NCBI GenBank assembly: GCA_964346085.1
Contig: CAYFSZ010000003.1
Location: forward strand, 1 to 45,645
Length of the DNA stretch: 45,645 nucleotides
Reading direction: 5' to 3'
Source of the DNA: an uncultured Mageeibacillus sp.
Lineage (GTDB): Bacteria > Bacillota > Clostridia > Saccharofermentanales > DTU023
Position 1 is the stretch's first letter. Each line of letters opens with the position of its first letter. Under the pieces are notes generated by a model, which worked only from the letters and a program-made list of their open reading frames with translations, was not told the origin of the DNA and made no database searches. Both the position numbers and the translations under genes were made by a program. This document shows, in pieces, positions 1-9,105 of the stretch.

Positions 1-84
1 TTAACCTTTTTTGCTTTTTTATTCCTCTTTAACACTGGTGCCGGGCGTTTTATTGTTGAATTTTCATCAATGGCTATATTTACA

Positions 85-909
85 TTATATTTCAATTGTA
101 TTTGCACTCAACGCAGCTCCAATTGCAGTCGCATATTTTGCATTTTCTGGCATGAGAATGTTCATCTTATACATATCCGCAAATTGTGCTAATGTTTCTC
201 TGCCTTGTTCAATATCGATAACCGATCCAACAAATACAATATTATTCGTTCGTTTTAACTTTGCTGCTAGGACTGCAGATGTTCCTATTGATTGAAAAAC
301 CATGTTTATGATTCCCTTGGCCAAATCTTCATTCTTAGCATCATCATTAATCTTTCCAAAATTTGATGCTGTTGCATCTCCGCTTAATCCAGGAACATCT
401 TTTGAAATATCATGGACTGTTAAATCAACCTTGGTTAAATCTCCTGTAGAAGCTAGCTTAGAAATTAGCTCAAAATCTCGATACTTAATCATTTTATCTG
501 CCAGTCCTAGTAATGTTCCTCCACCAACACCTGAGCCAATAATATGTTCTGTTTTTTTACCATCACTATAGACCATTGATGTACCAGTTCCGATGCTGAC
601 GACAACTGCTTCGTTCAGTTTGGATACATAAAGTCCACCTAAACCTACCGCCTCAAACTCATTCGAGATTGAAGTTTCTTTGTCGAAGAACTTTCCGTTG
701 ACATAGGAAGATCCAACTCCCGTCATTCTAATTTTCTCTATATCTTTCAACTTGAGGAGATTTTCATTTAAGAACTTACCTATACCACCATATGCTGCTG
801 CAATAGGATCGCTTGATTTCACGAAAGTTTCATCTAATAAAACTCCATTCCTAAAGCCAACCACTTTCGTTGTGCTACCACCAATATCTAAACCTATTGT
901 TACATTCAT
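85..909 (-). CDS. coaW: type II (Staphylococcus-type, fumble-like) pantothenate kinase
   Basis: 274-aa ORF with ATG at 909. The blocks LDIGGSTTKVV, IGTGTS, GSGVGGGT, VDLTVHDI, ATASNFG, NIVFVGS and ATAIGAAL line up from memory with S. aureus CoaW. Confidence 0.7.
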   Translation of the reverse strand: MNVTIGLDIGGSTTKVVGFRNGVLLDETFVKSSDPIAAAYGGIGKFLNENLLKLKDIEKIRMTGVGSSYVNGKFFDKETSISNEFEAVGLGGLYVSKLNEAVVVSIGTGTSMVYSDGKKTEHIIGSGVGGGTLLGLADKMIKYRDFELISKLASTGDLTKVDLTVHDISKDVPGLSGDATASNFGKINDDAKNEDLAKGIINMVFQSIGTSAVLAAKLKRTNNIVFVGSVIDIEQGRETLAQFADMYKMNILMPENAKYATAIGAALSANTIEI

Positions 910-930
910 ATTCTCACAACTTTCTACTAT

Positions 931-958
931 AAAAAAAGAGACCTTATCAGGTCTCTTA
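931..958 (-). terminator. intrinsic terminator after sepF
   Basis: The minus strand reads AAGAGACC-TGATA-GGTCTCTT followed by TTTTT, about 33 nt after the sepF stop. Confidence 0.7.
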
Positions 959-990
959 TTATAACAGATATAATTATATAATATATAATA

Positions 991-1521
991 CTATCTTACT
1001 TGAACTGCTGCTCGTCGCACATAATCTTCAGTCGCATCGGCTGTAGACATTTGTTGAGCAATGACTGAATTCTGAATATTAGTTGACCCAGGTGCCACGA
1101 CAAAAATCAAAGCAGAAATCGGCATTACGTTTCCACGAAGTGCATGAGCTGCTCCTGTAATAAAATCAATCACTCTCTGCGCAATTTTGGGGTCAATTTT
1201 TTCAATATTACAGATGACTGTTTTACCAGCGCGAACATCATCGCAAACTTGTTGTGCAGTCTCTATATTTGATGGTTCCATAATAACAATTTGCTGTTTA
1301 TAACTCTTTTGATTTAATTCAACAACACGACTATTGTTCACACGTTTACGTTCAGGTTGAACAGCAACAACCGGCTCATCATATTCATAGTCTCTTTGAT
1401 TGGAAGATTCATAATCATCTTCCATTTCGTCATAATATTCCTCACCGAATTCATCGTATGAATCATAATCATCATACATATCATTTGCATTACCGAATAA
1501 TTTATCTAAAAAGCCTGCCAT
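991..1521 (-). CDS. sepF: cell division protein SepF
   Basis: 176 aa. An acidic D/E/Y-rich N-terminal half is followed by the conserved SepF core (IVIMEPSNIETAQQVCDDVRAGKTVICNIEKIDPKIAQRVIDFITGAAHAL). A GGAGG SD lies 6 nt before the ATG. The gene follows ylmE, as in Firmicute division clusters. Confidence 0.9.
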   Translation of the reverse strand: MAGFLDKLFGNANDMYDDYDSYDEFGEEYYDEMEDDYESSNQRDYEYDEPVVAVQPERKRVNNSRVVELNQKSYKQQIVIMEPSNIETAQQVCDDVRAGKTVICNIEKIDPKIAQRVIDFITGAAHALRGNVMPISALIFVVAPGSTNIQNSVIAQQMSTADATEDYVRRAAVQVR

Positions 1522-1623
1522 ATTGCTCCTCCACTTTAACTAACTTTTAACATTATAAAAATTGAATAATCATCATGCAAGCAAATATCATAAGAGTAAG
1601 ACCTTTGTAACATAACAGAAATT

Positions 1624-2352
1624 TTATAAAGAATAGTCTCTCTGACCAAAAATATCAGTTCCAATTCGGATAAACGTTGCACCTTCTTCAATTGCATACT
1701 GATAATCGTTGCTCATACCCATTGACAATTGATTAAAGCTGTCACCAACAATCTCTTGATACTTTATTAATAATTGTTTTGCTTCTTGAAAAACAGGTTT
1801 CACTTTTTCAATCTCTTCTTCTTGATAAAAGGGAGCTATCACCATCAATCCTTTGAGGCTAATGTTCTCATATTGAATTATTTCTTTTATAGCTTCATCT
1901 AAATCAAATACAGAAAACCCTTGCTTTGATTCTTCTTCTGCAATATTTACTTGCAATAAAATATTAGTGACAACATTTTTTACCTGAGATATTTTATTAA
2001 TCTGTTTGATTAGTTTCAAAGAGTCTACAGAATGGATTAAATCAACCAAACCAATCACATCTTTGACTTTATTCCTTTGTAATGTCCCTATTAAATGCCA
2101 ATGCAATTGATATTTATTTTTAATATCATCAGGCAAAGAGTTAAATTCATTTTGTTTTCTTAATAACTCTTGTACTCTATTTTCTCCAAAATGTTGTTCA
2201 CCTAAAGAATTCGCAATAAGAATATCTTCTAAAGGATGATTTTTACTAACACAAATCAGTTGAACACGTTGATTTTCATTAATACATGTTCGAATATTCT
2301 CATGAATTCGATTAAGATTTAGAGAAATTTCATTTTTTCTCTGTTCAGACAT
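1624..2352 (-). CDS. ylmE: YggS/YlmE-family PLP-binding protein
   Basis: Family blocks present: VSKNHP, HLIGTLQRNKVK, LSMGMSNDY and IRIGTDIFG. The track ORF opens at 2394, but the ATG at 2352 (MSEQRK) has a GAGGG SD and removes the overlap with the upstream gene. Confidence 0.85.
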   Translation of the reverse strand: MSEQRKNEISLNLNRIHENIRTCINENQRVQLICVSKNHPLEDILIANSLGEQHFGENRVQELLRKQNEFNSLPDDIKNKYQLHWHLIGTLQRNKVKDVIGLVDLIHSVDSLKLIKQINKISQVKNVVTNILLQVNIAEEESKQGFSVFDLDEAIKEIIQYENISLKGLMVIAPFYQEEEIEKVKPVFQEAKQLLIKYQEIVGDSFNQLSMGMSNDYQYAIEEGATFIRIGTDIFGQRDYSL

Positions 2353-2365
2353 AAATTCACCCTCT

Positions 2366-3688
2366 TTACGGCGTTCCGGTTGCTGAATCTCCAACTGACA
2401 CGTCTTTAGGATTTAATACAACCATGGTTGAAGGTCCAATTGCAATTTCTTCTCCTTCTTTTGATTCAATCAATGCATAATCTTGATTATTATCGATAAT
2501 TTTTACGGTCGTTTTGTTGATAAAACCACCATCTTCTACTAAGATATCAGCTTCAACATTTCCTTCTTTAAAATTAAGCATGGCTGATAAGGGAATACGA
2601 AGTCCTTTTGTTTTATTCGTTTCCACATTTAAATCTGCAACACGACGATCAGATAATCTCTCTAACGCCCTATTACAATTTACGATAATCAAAGTTCCTT
2701 CTTCTGTTTCTTCTGATTTAATAACAATACCATCTTCTAAATTAATACCATCATTTGTCATCGCATCAACAACGGATGAAACTTGAATGTCAGTGCTATT
2801 AACCCCTGGTAAAACAAAAGCAAAATACTGTTCTATCGAATTTGTAAGACAATAAAGAGGATCTTCCTTTTTTACTTTTTCAATTGGATTCAACCTTCCT
2901 TGAGGCGCTTCATTCAAGTAATTTATCACCTGTTCAGCTGTTAAATGATCAATATTTGATGGATTTAAGCGATCTTCTAAACCATCATAATTACGAATAT
3001 AAACTCCTGCCTGAGAACTTTGAATAACATTACTTTGGGTTCCAAGTTTTTCTTCTAAATTATGATAATGATTCAGTAACTCTTCTAAACGAGAGTCATT
3101 AAAATTGTAATTTCTTAATCTTTCATTACGCTGACTTAATATCGAATTTAAAGTCGCTTCATCAGTTGAAATATCAGAAAAATTATCATTTAATATTTCT
3201 GTATAAACATTACTAATCGTATCCCTCATCTGATTCGTAGTTTCTTGGTCGATTTGGCTAGCTCCTACATTATTTTCACGATTAATCAAATCATACTGAT
3301 AATTAATGATTTCATTTTCAACTTCTTGTAGTTCATTCAATTCATCGTTTTGATCATCTGGAATGACATATGCAAGTGTTTCGTTTTTGGCTACCTTTGA
3401 ACCATCTGCAAATAAACTTCTTACAGTTCCGTCAGCCGGAGAACGAAAAACTGTTTCATCTCGAATAATCAGAGCTTTTACTTGATATTGATTGGATAAT
3501 TCTCTTTCTGATAAAAACATAAATTGAGGAGATGGTTTGTAATGATTTAGTATTCCAATAATTGTAAGCATAGTAATTATCACAATTACTAAGATAACAA
3601 TTGCTAGAAGAATGTTACGAGATGCATTCTTTCTCTTTTGAATTCTCCTGTAACGCTCGACTTCAGGAGTTTGCAGATTTGAACTCAT
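2366..3688 (-). CDS. HlyD-family / membrane-fusion-like protein with a single N-terminal TM anchor
   Basis: 440 aa. There is one N-terminal TM segment (ILLAIVILVIVIITMLTIIGIL). A biotinyl/lipoyl-like hairpin segment follows (IIRDETVFRSPADGTVRSLFADGSKVAKNETLAYV). Next comes a long N/E/Q-rich helical region and then a beta-rich C-terminus. The assignment rests on pattern resemblance only. Confidence 0.55.
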   Translation of the reverse strand: MSSNLQTPEVERYRRIQKRKNASRNILLAIVILVIVIITMLTIIGILNHYKPSPQFMFLSERELSNQYQVKALIIRDETVFRSPADGTVRSLFADGSKVAKNETLAYVIPDDQNDELNELQEVENEIINYQYDLINRENNVGASQIDQETTNQMRDTISNVYTEILNDNFSDISTDEATLNSILSQRNERLRNYNFNDSRLEELLNHYHNLEEKLGTQSNVIQSSQAGVYIRNYDGLEDRLNPSNIDHLTAEQVINYLNEAPQGRLNPIEKVKKEDPLYCLTNSIEQYFAFVLPGVNSTDIQVSSVVDAMTNDGINLEDGIVIKSEETEEGTLIIVNCNRALERLSDRRVADLNVETNKTKGLRIPLSAMLNFKEGNVEADILVEDGGFINKTTVKIIDNNQDYALIESKEGEEIAIGPSTMVVLNPKDVSVGDSATGTP

Positions 3689-3691
3689 AAT

Positions 3692-4969
3692 TTACGCCTC
3701 TTGCCATAACTTGTCTAATGTAACCATGCAAGCCAGTTTGCCACTTTCAAAATTAAGACCCCCTTGAAAAAATGCAGTGTACGGTGAACGCAACGGTCCG
3801 TCAGCAGATAATTCAATGGATGATCCTTGAGTAAATGAACCTGATGCCATAATTATATCACATTCATAACCAGGCATTGGTGCAGGTACAGGTCTATATT
3901 GTGAATCAATCGGTGAAACCTCTTGAATCGTTTCGCAAAATTTAATGAGTAAATCAGGATGATGAAAAGTAATTGTTTGTACGATATCTGCTCGTACTTC
4001 ATCTGGCAAAGGAGCAACTTCATAGCCAAGATTTTTAAATAATGTCGAAGTTAATACGGCTAATTTTAAAGCATTACTCACTACTTGTGGCGCCATGTAA
4101 ACACCTTGAGCAATTGATTTGGAAAATCCCAAATTAGGACCAATTTCTGATCCGACTTTTGCAGCTGTCATTTGTTGAGCACAAAGTTCGACCAAATCAG
4201 CTTTCCCAGCGATATAACCACCTCCAGGAGCAAAGCCAGCACCAGGATTTTTGATTAGAGAACCAGCCATGATATCAACTCCGAGAGCAAGCGGTTCTGT
4301 TCTTTCGACAAATTCCCCATAACAATTGTCTAACGCAATAATTGTTTTTGGATTATATTTCTTTGCCAATCGAGCAATCTTTTCTATTGTCTTATTTGTT
4401 AAAGCAGGTCTTGTGCTATATCCTCTTGATTTTTGAATATAAATCAATTTATAGTTTGGTTTCTGTTGTAAGGCTTTTTCAATACTAGCAAAATCAACTT
4501 GACCATCATCCAACAATTCAATTTGATCATAAGAAATTAAGAAGTCTTTGAGACTCGCTTGATCTTTAGTCTGCTCTTTACCAATTGTGGGTTGTAATGT
4601 GTCATAAACATCGCCAGTAACGATTAAGAATTCATCATAAGGTCTAAGAATCCCTTTAAGCATAGTGGATAAAACTTGTGTTCCTGAGCTAAATTGCACT
4701 CTTACCAGAGCTTTTTCAGCACAAAACAAAGAGGCAAAGATCGATTCAATTGCTTCTCTGCTATGATCAGAATATCCGTATCCAGTATTCATTTGAAAAT
4801 CTGCTGAACTCAACTTAGCATCTTGAAATGCTTTGATTACACGTAATTGATTATATTCGCGTAAAAGATCGATTTCGTTGAGCGTGCTTTTACACTCTCG
4901 TAATGCTTCTTCGACTGCATTATATGCTTTTAAAGAAACATTAAACGAATTATAAAATTCAAAGCTCAA
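3692..4969 (-). CDS. ynbB: methionine gamma-lyase family protein (YnbB / aluminium-resistance family, PLP-dependent)
   Basis: 425 aa. The hallmark GSLIKNPGAGFAPGGGYIAG and the N-terminal region resemble B. subtilis YnbB from memory. The start is TTG at 4969 with a GGAGGA SD 6 nt upstream. Confidence 0.8.
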   Translation of the reverse strand: MSFEFYNSFNVSLKAYNAVEEALRECKSTLNEIDLLREYNQLRVIKAFQDAKLSSADFQMNTGYGYSDHSREAIESIFASLFCAEKALVRVQFSSGTQVLSTMLKGILRPYDEFLIVTGDVYDTLQPTIGKEQTKDQASLKDFLISYDQIELLDDGQVDFASIEKALQQKPNYKLIYIQKSRGYSTRPALTNKTIEKIARLAKKYNPKTIIALDNCYGEFVERTEPLALGVDIMAGSLIKNPGAGFAPGGGYIAGKADLVELCAQQMTAAKVGSEIGPNLGFSKSIAQGVYMAPQVVSNALKLAVLTSTLFKNLGYEVAPLPDEVRADIVQTITFHHPDLLIKFCETIQEVSPIDSQYRPVPAPMPGYECDIIMASGSFTQGSSIELSADGPLRSPYTAFFQGGLNFESGKLACMVTLDKLWQEA

Positions 4970-4989
4970 TGTTTATCCTCCATCACCGT

Positions 4990-5025
4990 AAAAAATAAAA
5001 GCCCCATACTGTCTGCATAGCAGAC
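4990..5025 (-). terminator. possible weak terminator after tRNA-Leu
   Basis: The minus strand has the hairpin GTCTGC-TAT-GCAGAC. A T-run (TTTTATTTTTT) follows but starts about 10 nt after the stem, so the geometry is poor. Confidence 0.3.
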
Positions 5026-5037
5026 AATGCAGGACTT

Positions 5038-5120
5038 TGGTGCAACCAGAGGGACTTGAACCCTCACGGTCTCCCACACGCCCCTCAAACGTGCGCGTCT
5101 GCCGGTTCCGCCATGGTTGC
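5038..5120 (-). tRNA. tRNA-Leu (anticodon GAG), CCA encoded
   Basis: The minus strand reads GCAACCATGGCGGAACCGGCAGACGCGCACGTTTGAGGGGCGTGTGGGAGACCGTGAGGGTTCAAGTCCCTCTGGTTGCACCA. The acceptor stem is 7 bp (GCAACCA/TGGTTGC). The D-arm is GCGGAACCGGCAGACGC, typical of Leu. The anticodon stem is CACGT/GCGTG with loop TTGAGGG, giving U33, anticodon GAG and G37. It also has a long variable arm and a GGTTCAAGTCC T-loop. Confidence 0.9.
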
Positions 5121-5139
5121 ATATAAAAACGGTCGATTA

Positions 5140-5169
5140 ATTATAATCGCGGTAGAATGTATTTGTCAA
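5140..5169 (-). promoter_or_regulatory. sigma-A type promoter for tRNA-Leu
   Basis: The minus strand reads TTGACA, then 17-18 nt, then TATAAT (as TTATAAT). The -10 ends about 20 nt before the mature tRNA 5' end. Confidence 0.6.
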
Positions 5170-5205
5170 ATATCGATATAAGCCCCTTATATAAGCATTC
5201 ATGTC

Positions 5206-5241
5206 AAAAAAAGCACTCGCCGCAGTTGCAGAGAGTGCTTT
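5206..5241 (-). terminator. intrinsic terminator after glgA
   Basis: The minus strand reads AAAGCACTC-(14-nt loop)-GAGTGCTTT followed by TTTTTTT, immediately after the glgA stop. Confidence 0.8.
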
Positions 5242-5245
5242 ATCT

Positions 5246-6697
5246 CTATTTAACTTCTTCTAAAATTTCCTTGTACAAATCAATGTATTCTTTTGCTGAT
5301 TTCTCCCATGAATAATCTTCATTCATGGCTTGTCTAATTAATTGTTCCCATGATTCCGGATGGTTTTGGTATACATCTAAAGCATCTTTTATCGTAAACA
5401 AAAATTCATGGGCATTAATATTCATGAAGGAAAAACCAGTTCCAGATCCATCGTACTTATTGTATGGAATGACAGTGTCCTTGAGTCCACCTGTTTCTCT
5501 AACGACTGGTAAAGTACCATACCGCATTGCGACTAATTGTCCTAATCCACAAGGCTCAAACATAGAAGGCATTAAGAAAATATCGGCCGCAGCATATAAT
5601 CTTCTTGATAGTTCTTCATCAAACATAATTAATGAGCGAACTTTATTTGGATGATACCATTCTAAGTCATGGAAAGCATTTTCATAGAATTCATCGCCTG
5701 TTCCAAGAATAACTAATTGAATATTTTCTTCTAGTAATTCTTCGGAGATGTGCATTAATAAATCCAAACCTTTTTGAGATGTTAGTCGTGTAATCATGAC
5801 AAGTAAAGGAATGTCTGAATTTTGCTCCAATCCGACTTCTTCTTGTAATGCTAATTTACATGCTTCTTTACCCTTTTTGAAAGTTCGAATACTATAGTTT
5901 TTAGCTAATTGATCATCTTTTTCAGGATTGTATGCGTTAACATCAATTCCATTTAATATCCCTTTTACTTTCCAAGAAAAATCAGATAGCAATTGATTTA
6001 GTCCTTCACCATAATAGTCTTGCATAATTTCTCTAGCATAAGTTGGCGAAACGGTTGTGACTCGATTACTGTATAAAATTCCAGCTTTCATGAAATTTGG
6101 TACCCCATCTTTCAATACGCCTTCTTCTGTCATATAACGATCTTGTAATTCTAGCAAATCTTGAATTCGCTCTTTTCCATGAATCCCTTGGAATTTCAAA
6201 TTATGAATGGTAAACAAGCATTGAACATTTGTATGATATCCATGTGATTTATAGTGAGCTTCCAAGATAACCGGAATCATTCCGCATTGCCAATCATTTA
6301 AGTGCAAGATATCAGGTTCAAATTTCATCGGCTCCCCTAAAGCTTCAAGCACTGCTCTTTGGAAAAAGCTAAAACGCTCGATATCAAAAGAATAATCCAA
6401 GTAAAGAGATTCATGACCAAAATAATATTCATTATCGATGAAATAAACAGGAACATCGTCTACATTCATCGTAAAAAGACCACTGTACATTGTTCTCCAG
6501 CCAAGTTTATTCATTGACCATCTTAAAAATTGAAGTTGATCTCCATAACGATCTTTAATTTGTTTATAAAGCGGCATGATAACACGTACATCTTGACCCG
6601 CTTTTTTAATTTCTTTTGGTAAAGCACCAACAACATCACCCAAACCACCTGATTTAGCGAGTGGTGCCATTTCCGAGGAAACAAATAAAATATTCAT
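5246..6697 (-). CDS. glgA: glycogen synthase (ADP-glucose type)
   Basis: 483 aa. The N-terminus MNILFVSSEMAPLAKSGGLGDVVGALPKE is the classic GlgA signature. An ATGA overlap links it to the glgD stop. Confidence 0.95.
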   Translation of the reverse strand: MNILFVSSEMAPLAKSGGLGDVVGALPKEIKKAGQDVRVIMPLYKQIKDRYGDQLQFLRWSMNKLGWRTMYSGLFTMNVDDVPVYFIDNEYYFGHESLYLDYSFDIERFSFFQRAVLEALGEPMKFEPDILHLNDWQCGMIPVILEAHYKSHGYHTNVQCLFTIHNLKFQGIHGKERIQDLLELQDRYMTEEGVLKDGVPNFMKAGILYSNRVTTVSPTYAREIMQDYYGEGLNQLLSDFSWKVKGILNGIDVNAYNPEKDDQLAKNYSIRTFKKGKEACKLALQEEVGLEQNSDIPLLVMITRLTSQKGLDLLMHISEELLEENIQLVILGTGDEFYENAFHDLEWYHPNKVRSLIMFDEELSRRLYAAADIFLMPSMFEPCGLGQLVAMRYGTLPVVRETGGLKDTVIPYNKYDGSGTGFSFMNINAHEFLFTIKDALDVYQNHPESWEQLIRQAMNEDYSWEKSAKEYIDLYKEILEEVK

Positions 6698-7800
6698 ACA
6701 ATTACTCCTTTTCCGATGACAACAGGATAATCAGGCGATCCATGTAATCTCACACCTGCACGAACAATCGTATCCTTGTCGATTATAACATTTGTTAATT
6801 CTGCGCCTTCCATAACTTGAGAATCCTGCATTAATATGCAATTATTCACCTTTGCATGTCGAGCAATACCTACTCCTCTAAATATAATACTGTTTTTTAC
6901 CTCTCCTCTGATTTCACAACCATCTGAAATCAAACTATTCGAGACTGTATTATTCTTATCATATTTTGCAGGAGCTTCATTTTTTACTTTCGTAAACACT
7001 TTATTCTCATTTTTATATATATGTTGTAAGATTTTGACGTTCAAAAGTTTCATTGAAGCTGAAAAATAGGTAGCCAATGAGTTAATACGCAAGATAAATT
7101 CTTCGTACTTAAACCCCTTAATCGTGAGCTCTTTATGTTTCTTTAAAATATATTCAACATTAAACAATGTTTCATTTCTAGCAATTGATTGTGAAACCAT
7201 ATCCATGAGCAGATTACGTTCCATGATACAAATCCCTAACGAAGAATTATTATTTTCTACATGTTCAGCATCAATTAAAACATCCGTTACTAAATTGTCT
7301 TCAAAAGTCAGATTAATCCATGGTAATCCAAATTTCGCTCCATCTTCGTTATACATAATTGTTACATCGGATTGATTTTCAACATGTGCATTTACTAAAT
7401 TCGTAAAATCCATATTCGCAACATTATTACTCTCAGCAATAATGACATATTGTTGAACTGAATGTTTCAGAAAATCATATAAGCCTGTTAAATCTTGTGG
7501 ATTTGGGGTTCTAAAAAAATCTGATTGTGTATATGGGGGAATAATTCGAAGACCTTGCTGCAGACGGTCCAAATCCCAATATGATCCAGTTCCAATATGG
7601 TCCATTAATGAACTATATTTTGTTTCAGCTAAAACACCGATATGCTTGATTCCAGAATTAACCATACTGGAAAGCATTGTATCGATAATTCTATACCGAC
7701 CACCAAAAGGTACAGCCGCTAAAGCTCTTTCATTAACTAGTTCACCCAGTTTTATTCTATGATTATCAGCGAGGATAATTCCCATTGCATCTAATAACAT
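6694..7800 (-). CDS. glgD: glucose-1-phosphate adenylyltransferase subunit GlgD
   Basis: 368 aa. The nucleotidyltransferase fold lacks the GGxGxRL motif (AVPFGGRYRIID is retained). It has a C-terminal left-handed beta-helix and sits between glgC and glgA. An AAGGAGG SD is present. Confidence 0.9.
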   Translation of the reverse strand: MLLDAMGIILADNHRIKLGELVNERALAAVPFGGRYRIIDTMLSSMVNSGIKHIGVLAETKYSSLMDHIGTGSYWDLDRLQQGLRIIPPYTQSDFFRTPNPQDLTGLYDFLKHSVQQYVIIAESNNVANMDFTNLVNAHVENQSDVTIMYNEDGAKFGLPWINLTFEDNLVTDVLIDAEHVENNNSSLGICIMERNLLMDMVSQSIARNETLFNVEYILKKHKELTIKGFKYEEFILRINSLATYFSASMKLLNVKILQHIYKNENKVFTKVKNEAPAKYDKNNTVSNSLISDGCEIRGEVKNSIIFRGVGIARHAKVNNCILMQDSQVMEGAELTNVIIDKDTIVRAGVRLHGSPDYPVVIGKGVIV

Positions 7801-7809
7801 AAATCCTCC

Positions 7810-9078
7810 TTATCTAATGTCTTGTGTATAACTTTCAATAATAACTTCACTGGTTTTCCCTTTTTCTAAAGGAAAAATCATTGAATTCGGCGAAATATGA
7901 ACATCATTTGCGATGACTAAATGACTGCCGATGACCGTAATATCATCCGAACAATATTTTGAATTAATAAAGTCATCAATGCCATCTTTGACAAAAGAGC
8001 CGATTTGTACATTGTTTCCAATTACAGTATCTATCCCAATAATTGCTTTATCAATTTTTGCTCCAGCCTTCACGATACAACCAGGCATCAAAATTGAATT
8101 AGTGATTTCTGCACCTTCTTCAATAATAACTCCAGCAGAAATAACCGAATGTTTGACTTCACCATAAATCTCATCTCCGTCGGTCAAGACACTATTTATT
8201 ACTTTTGCATTTTCGCCAATATAATGAGAAGGTTGCATGGTGTTCTTACAATAAATTCTCCACATTGAATCAGCTAAGTTGATATCTTGAGGTTGATCTA
8301 GCAAGTCCATATTTGATTCCCAAAGCGAGAAAATTGTACCTACATCTTTCCAATATCCTTCAAATGTGTACGCTAATAATTTTTCTTTATTCTCAAGCAT
8401 CGCAGGAATGATATTTTTGCCAAAGTCATTATTTGAATCAGGATTTTTTTCGTCTTTCAGCAAATATTGACGAAGCTGTTTCCAAGAGAATATATATACG
8501 CCCATCGATGCCAAATTGCTTTTGGGCTCTTTGGGTTTTTCTTCAAACTCTGATATAAACATATTCTCATCAGTATTCATGATGCCGAATCTAGATGCTT
8601 CGTTCCATGGCACTTCACGAACAGCAATTGTTGCTGCTGCTTTAGATTTAATATGTTCACGTAGCATTTTACGATAATCCATTTTATAAATATGATCACC
8701 AGATAAAATTAATACATATTCAGGATCATAGCCATCGATGAATGGAATATTTTGATAGATTGCATTTGAAGTTCCCTTGTACCAATCACTTCCTGACATG
8801 CTTTGATAAGGAGACAAAATTGTAAGACCACCACTATTTCGATCTAAATCCCAGGAATAACCATTTCCTACATAAGCATTCAGTTCCAGTGGTGAGTACT
8901 GTGTGAGAACACCAACAGTTTCAATCCCTGAATTTGTACAATTACTTAAAGCAAAATCAATAATTCTATATTTGCCACCATAAGGAACTGCTGGTTTTGC
9001 AACATATTCGGTTAAAACTCCCAGTCTTGATCCTTGTCCACCGGCCAGAATCATAGCAATCATTTCTTGTTTCGGCAT
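7810..9078 (-). CDS. glgC: glucose-1-phosphate adenylyltransferase
   Basis: 422 aa. Motifs [10 protein letters not shown] and [14 protein letters not shown] are present, with C-terminal hexapeptide repeats. Confidence 0.95.
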   Translation of the reverse strand: MPKQEMIAMILAGGQGSRLGVLTEYVAKPAVPYGGKYRIIDFALSNCTNSGIETVGVLTQYSPLELNAYVGNGYSWDLDRNSGGLTILSPYQSMSGSDWYKGTSNAIYQNIPFIDGYDPEYVLILSGDHIYKMDYRKMLREHIKSKAAATIAVREVPWNEASRFGIMNTDENMFISEFEEKPKEPKSNLASMGVYIFSWKQLRQYLLKDEKNPDSNNDFGKNIIPAMLENKEKLLAYTFEGYWKDVGTIFSLWESNMDLLDQPQDINLADSMWRIYCKNTMQPSHYIGENAKVINSVLTDGDEIYGEVKHSVISAGVIIEEGAEITNSILMPGCIVKAGAKIDKAIIGIDTVIGNNVQIGSFVKDGIDDFINSKYCSDDITVIGSHLVIANDVHISPNSMIFPLEKGKTSEVIIESYTQDIR

Positions 9079-9105
9079 TTTGACACCTCTCTATTACAAT
9101 TATTT

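Noticed and set aside
1-84. The start of a further minus-strand gene after coaW; an AAAGAGGAA SD-like element lies near position 25.
   Set aside because: No canonical start codon follows within the window and the sequence is truncated at the edge, so it cannot be called.
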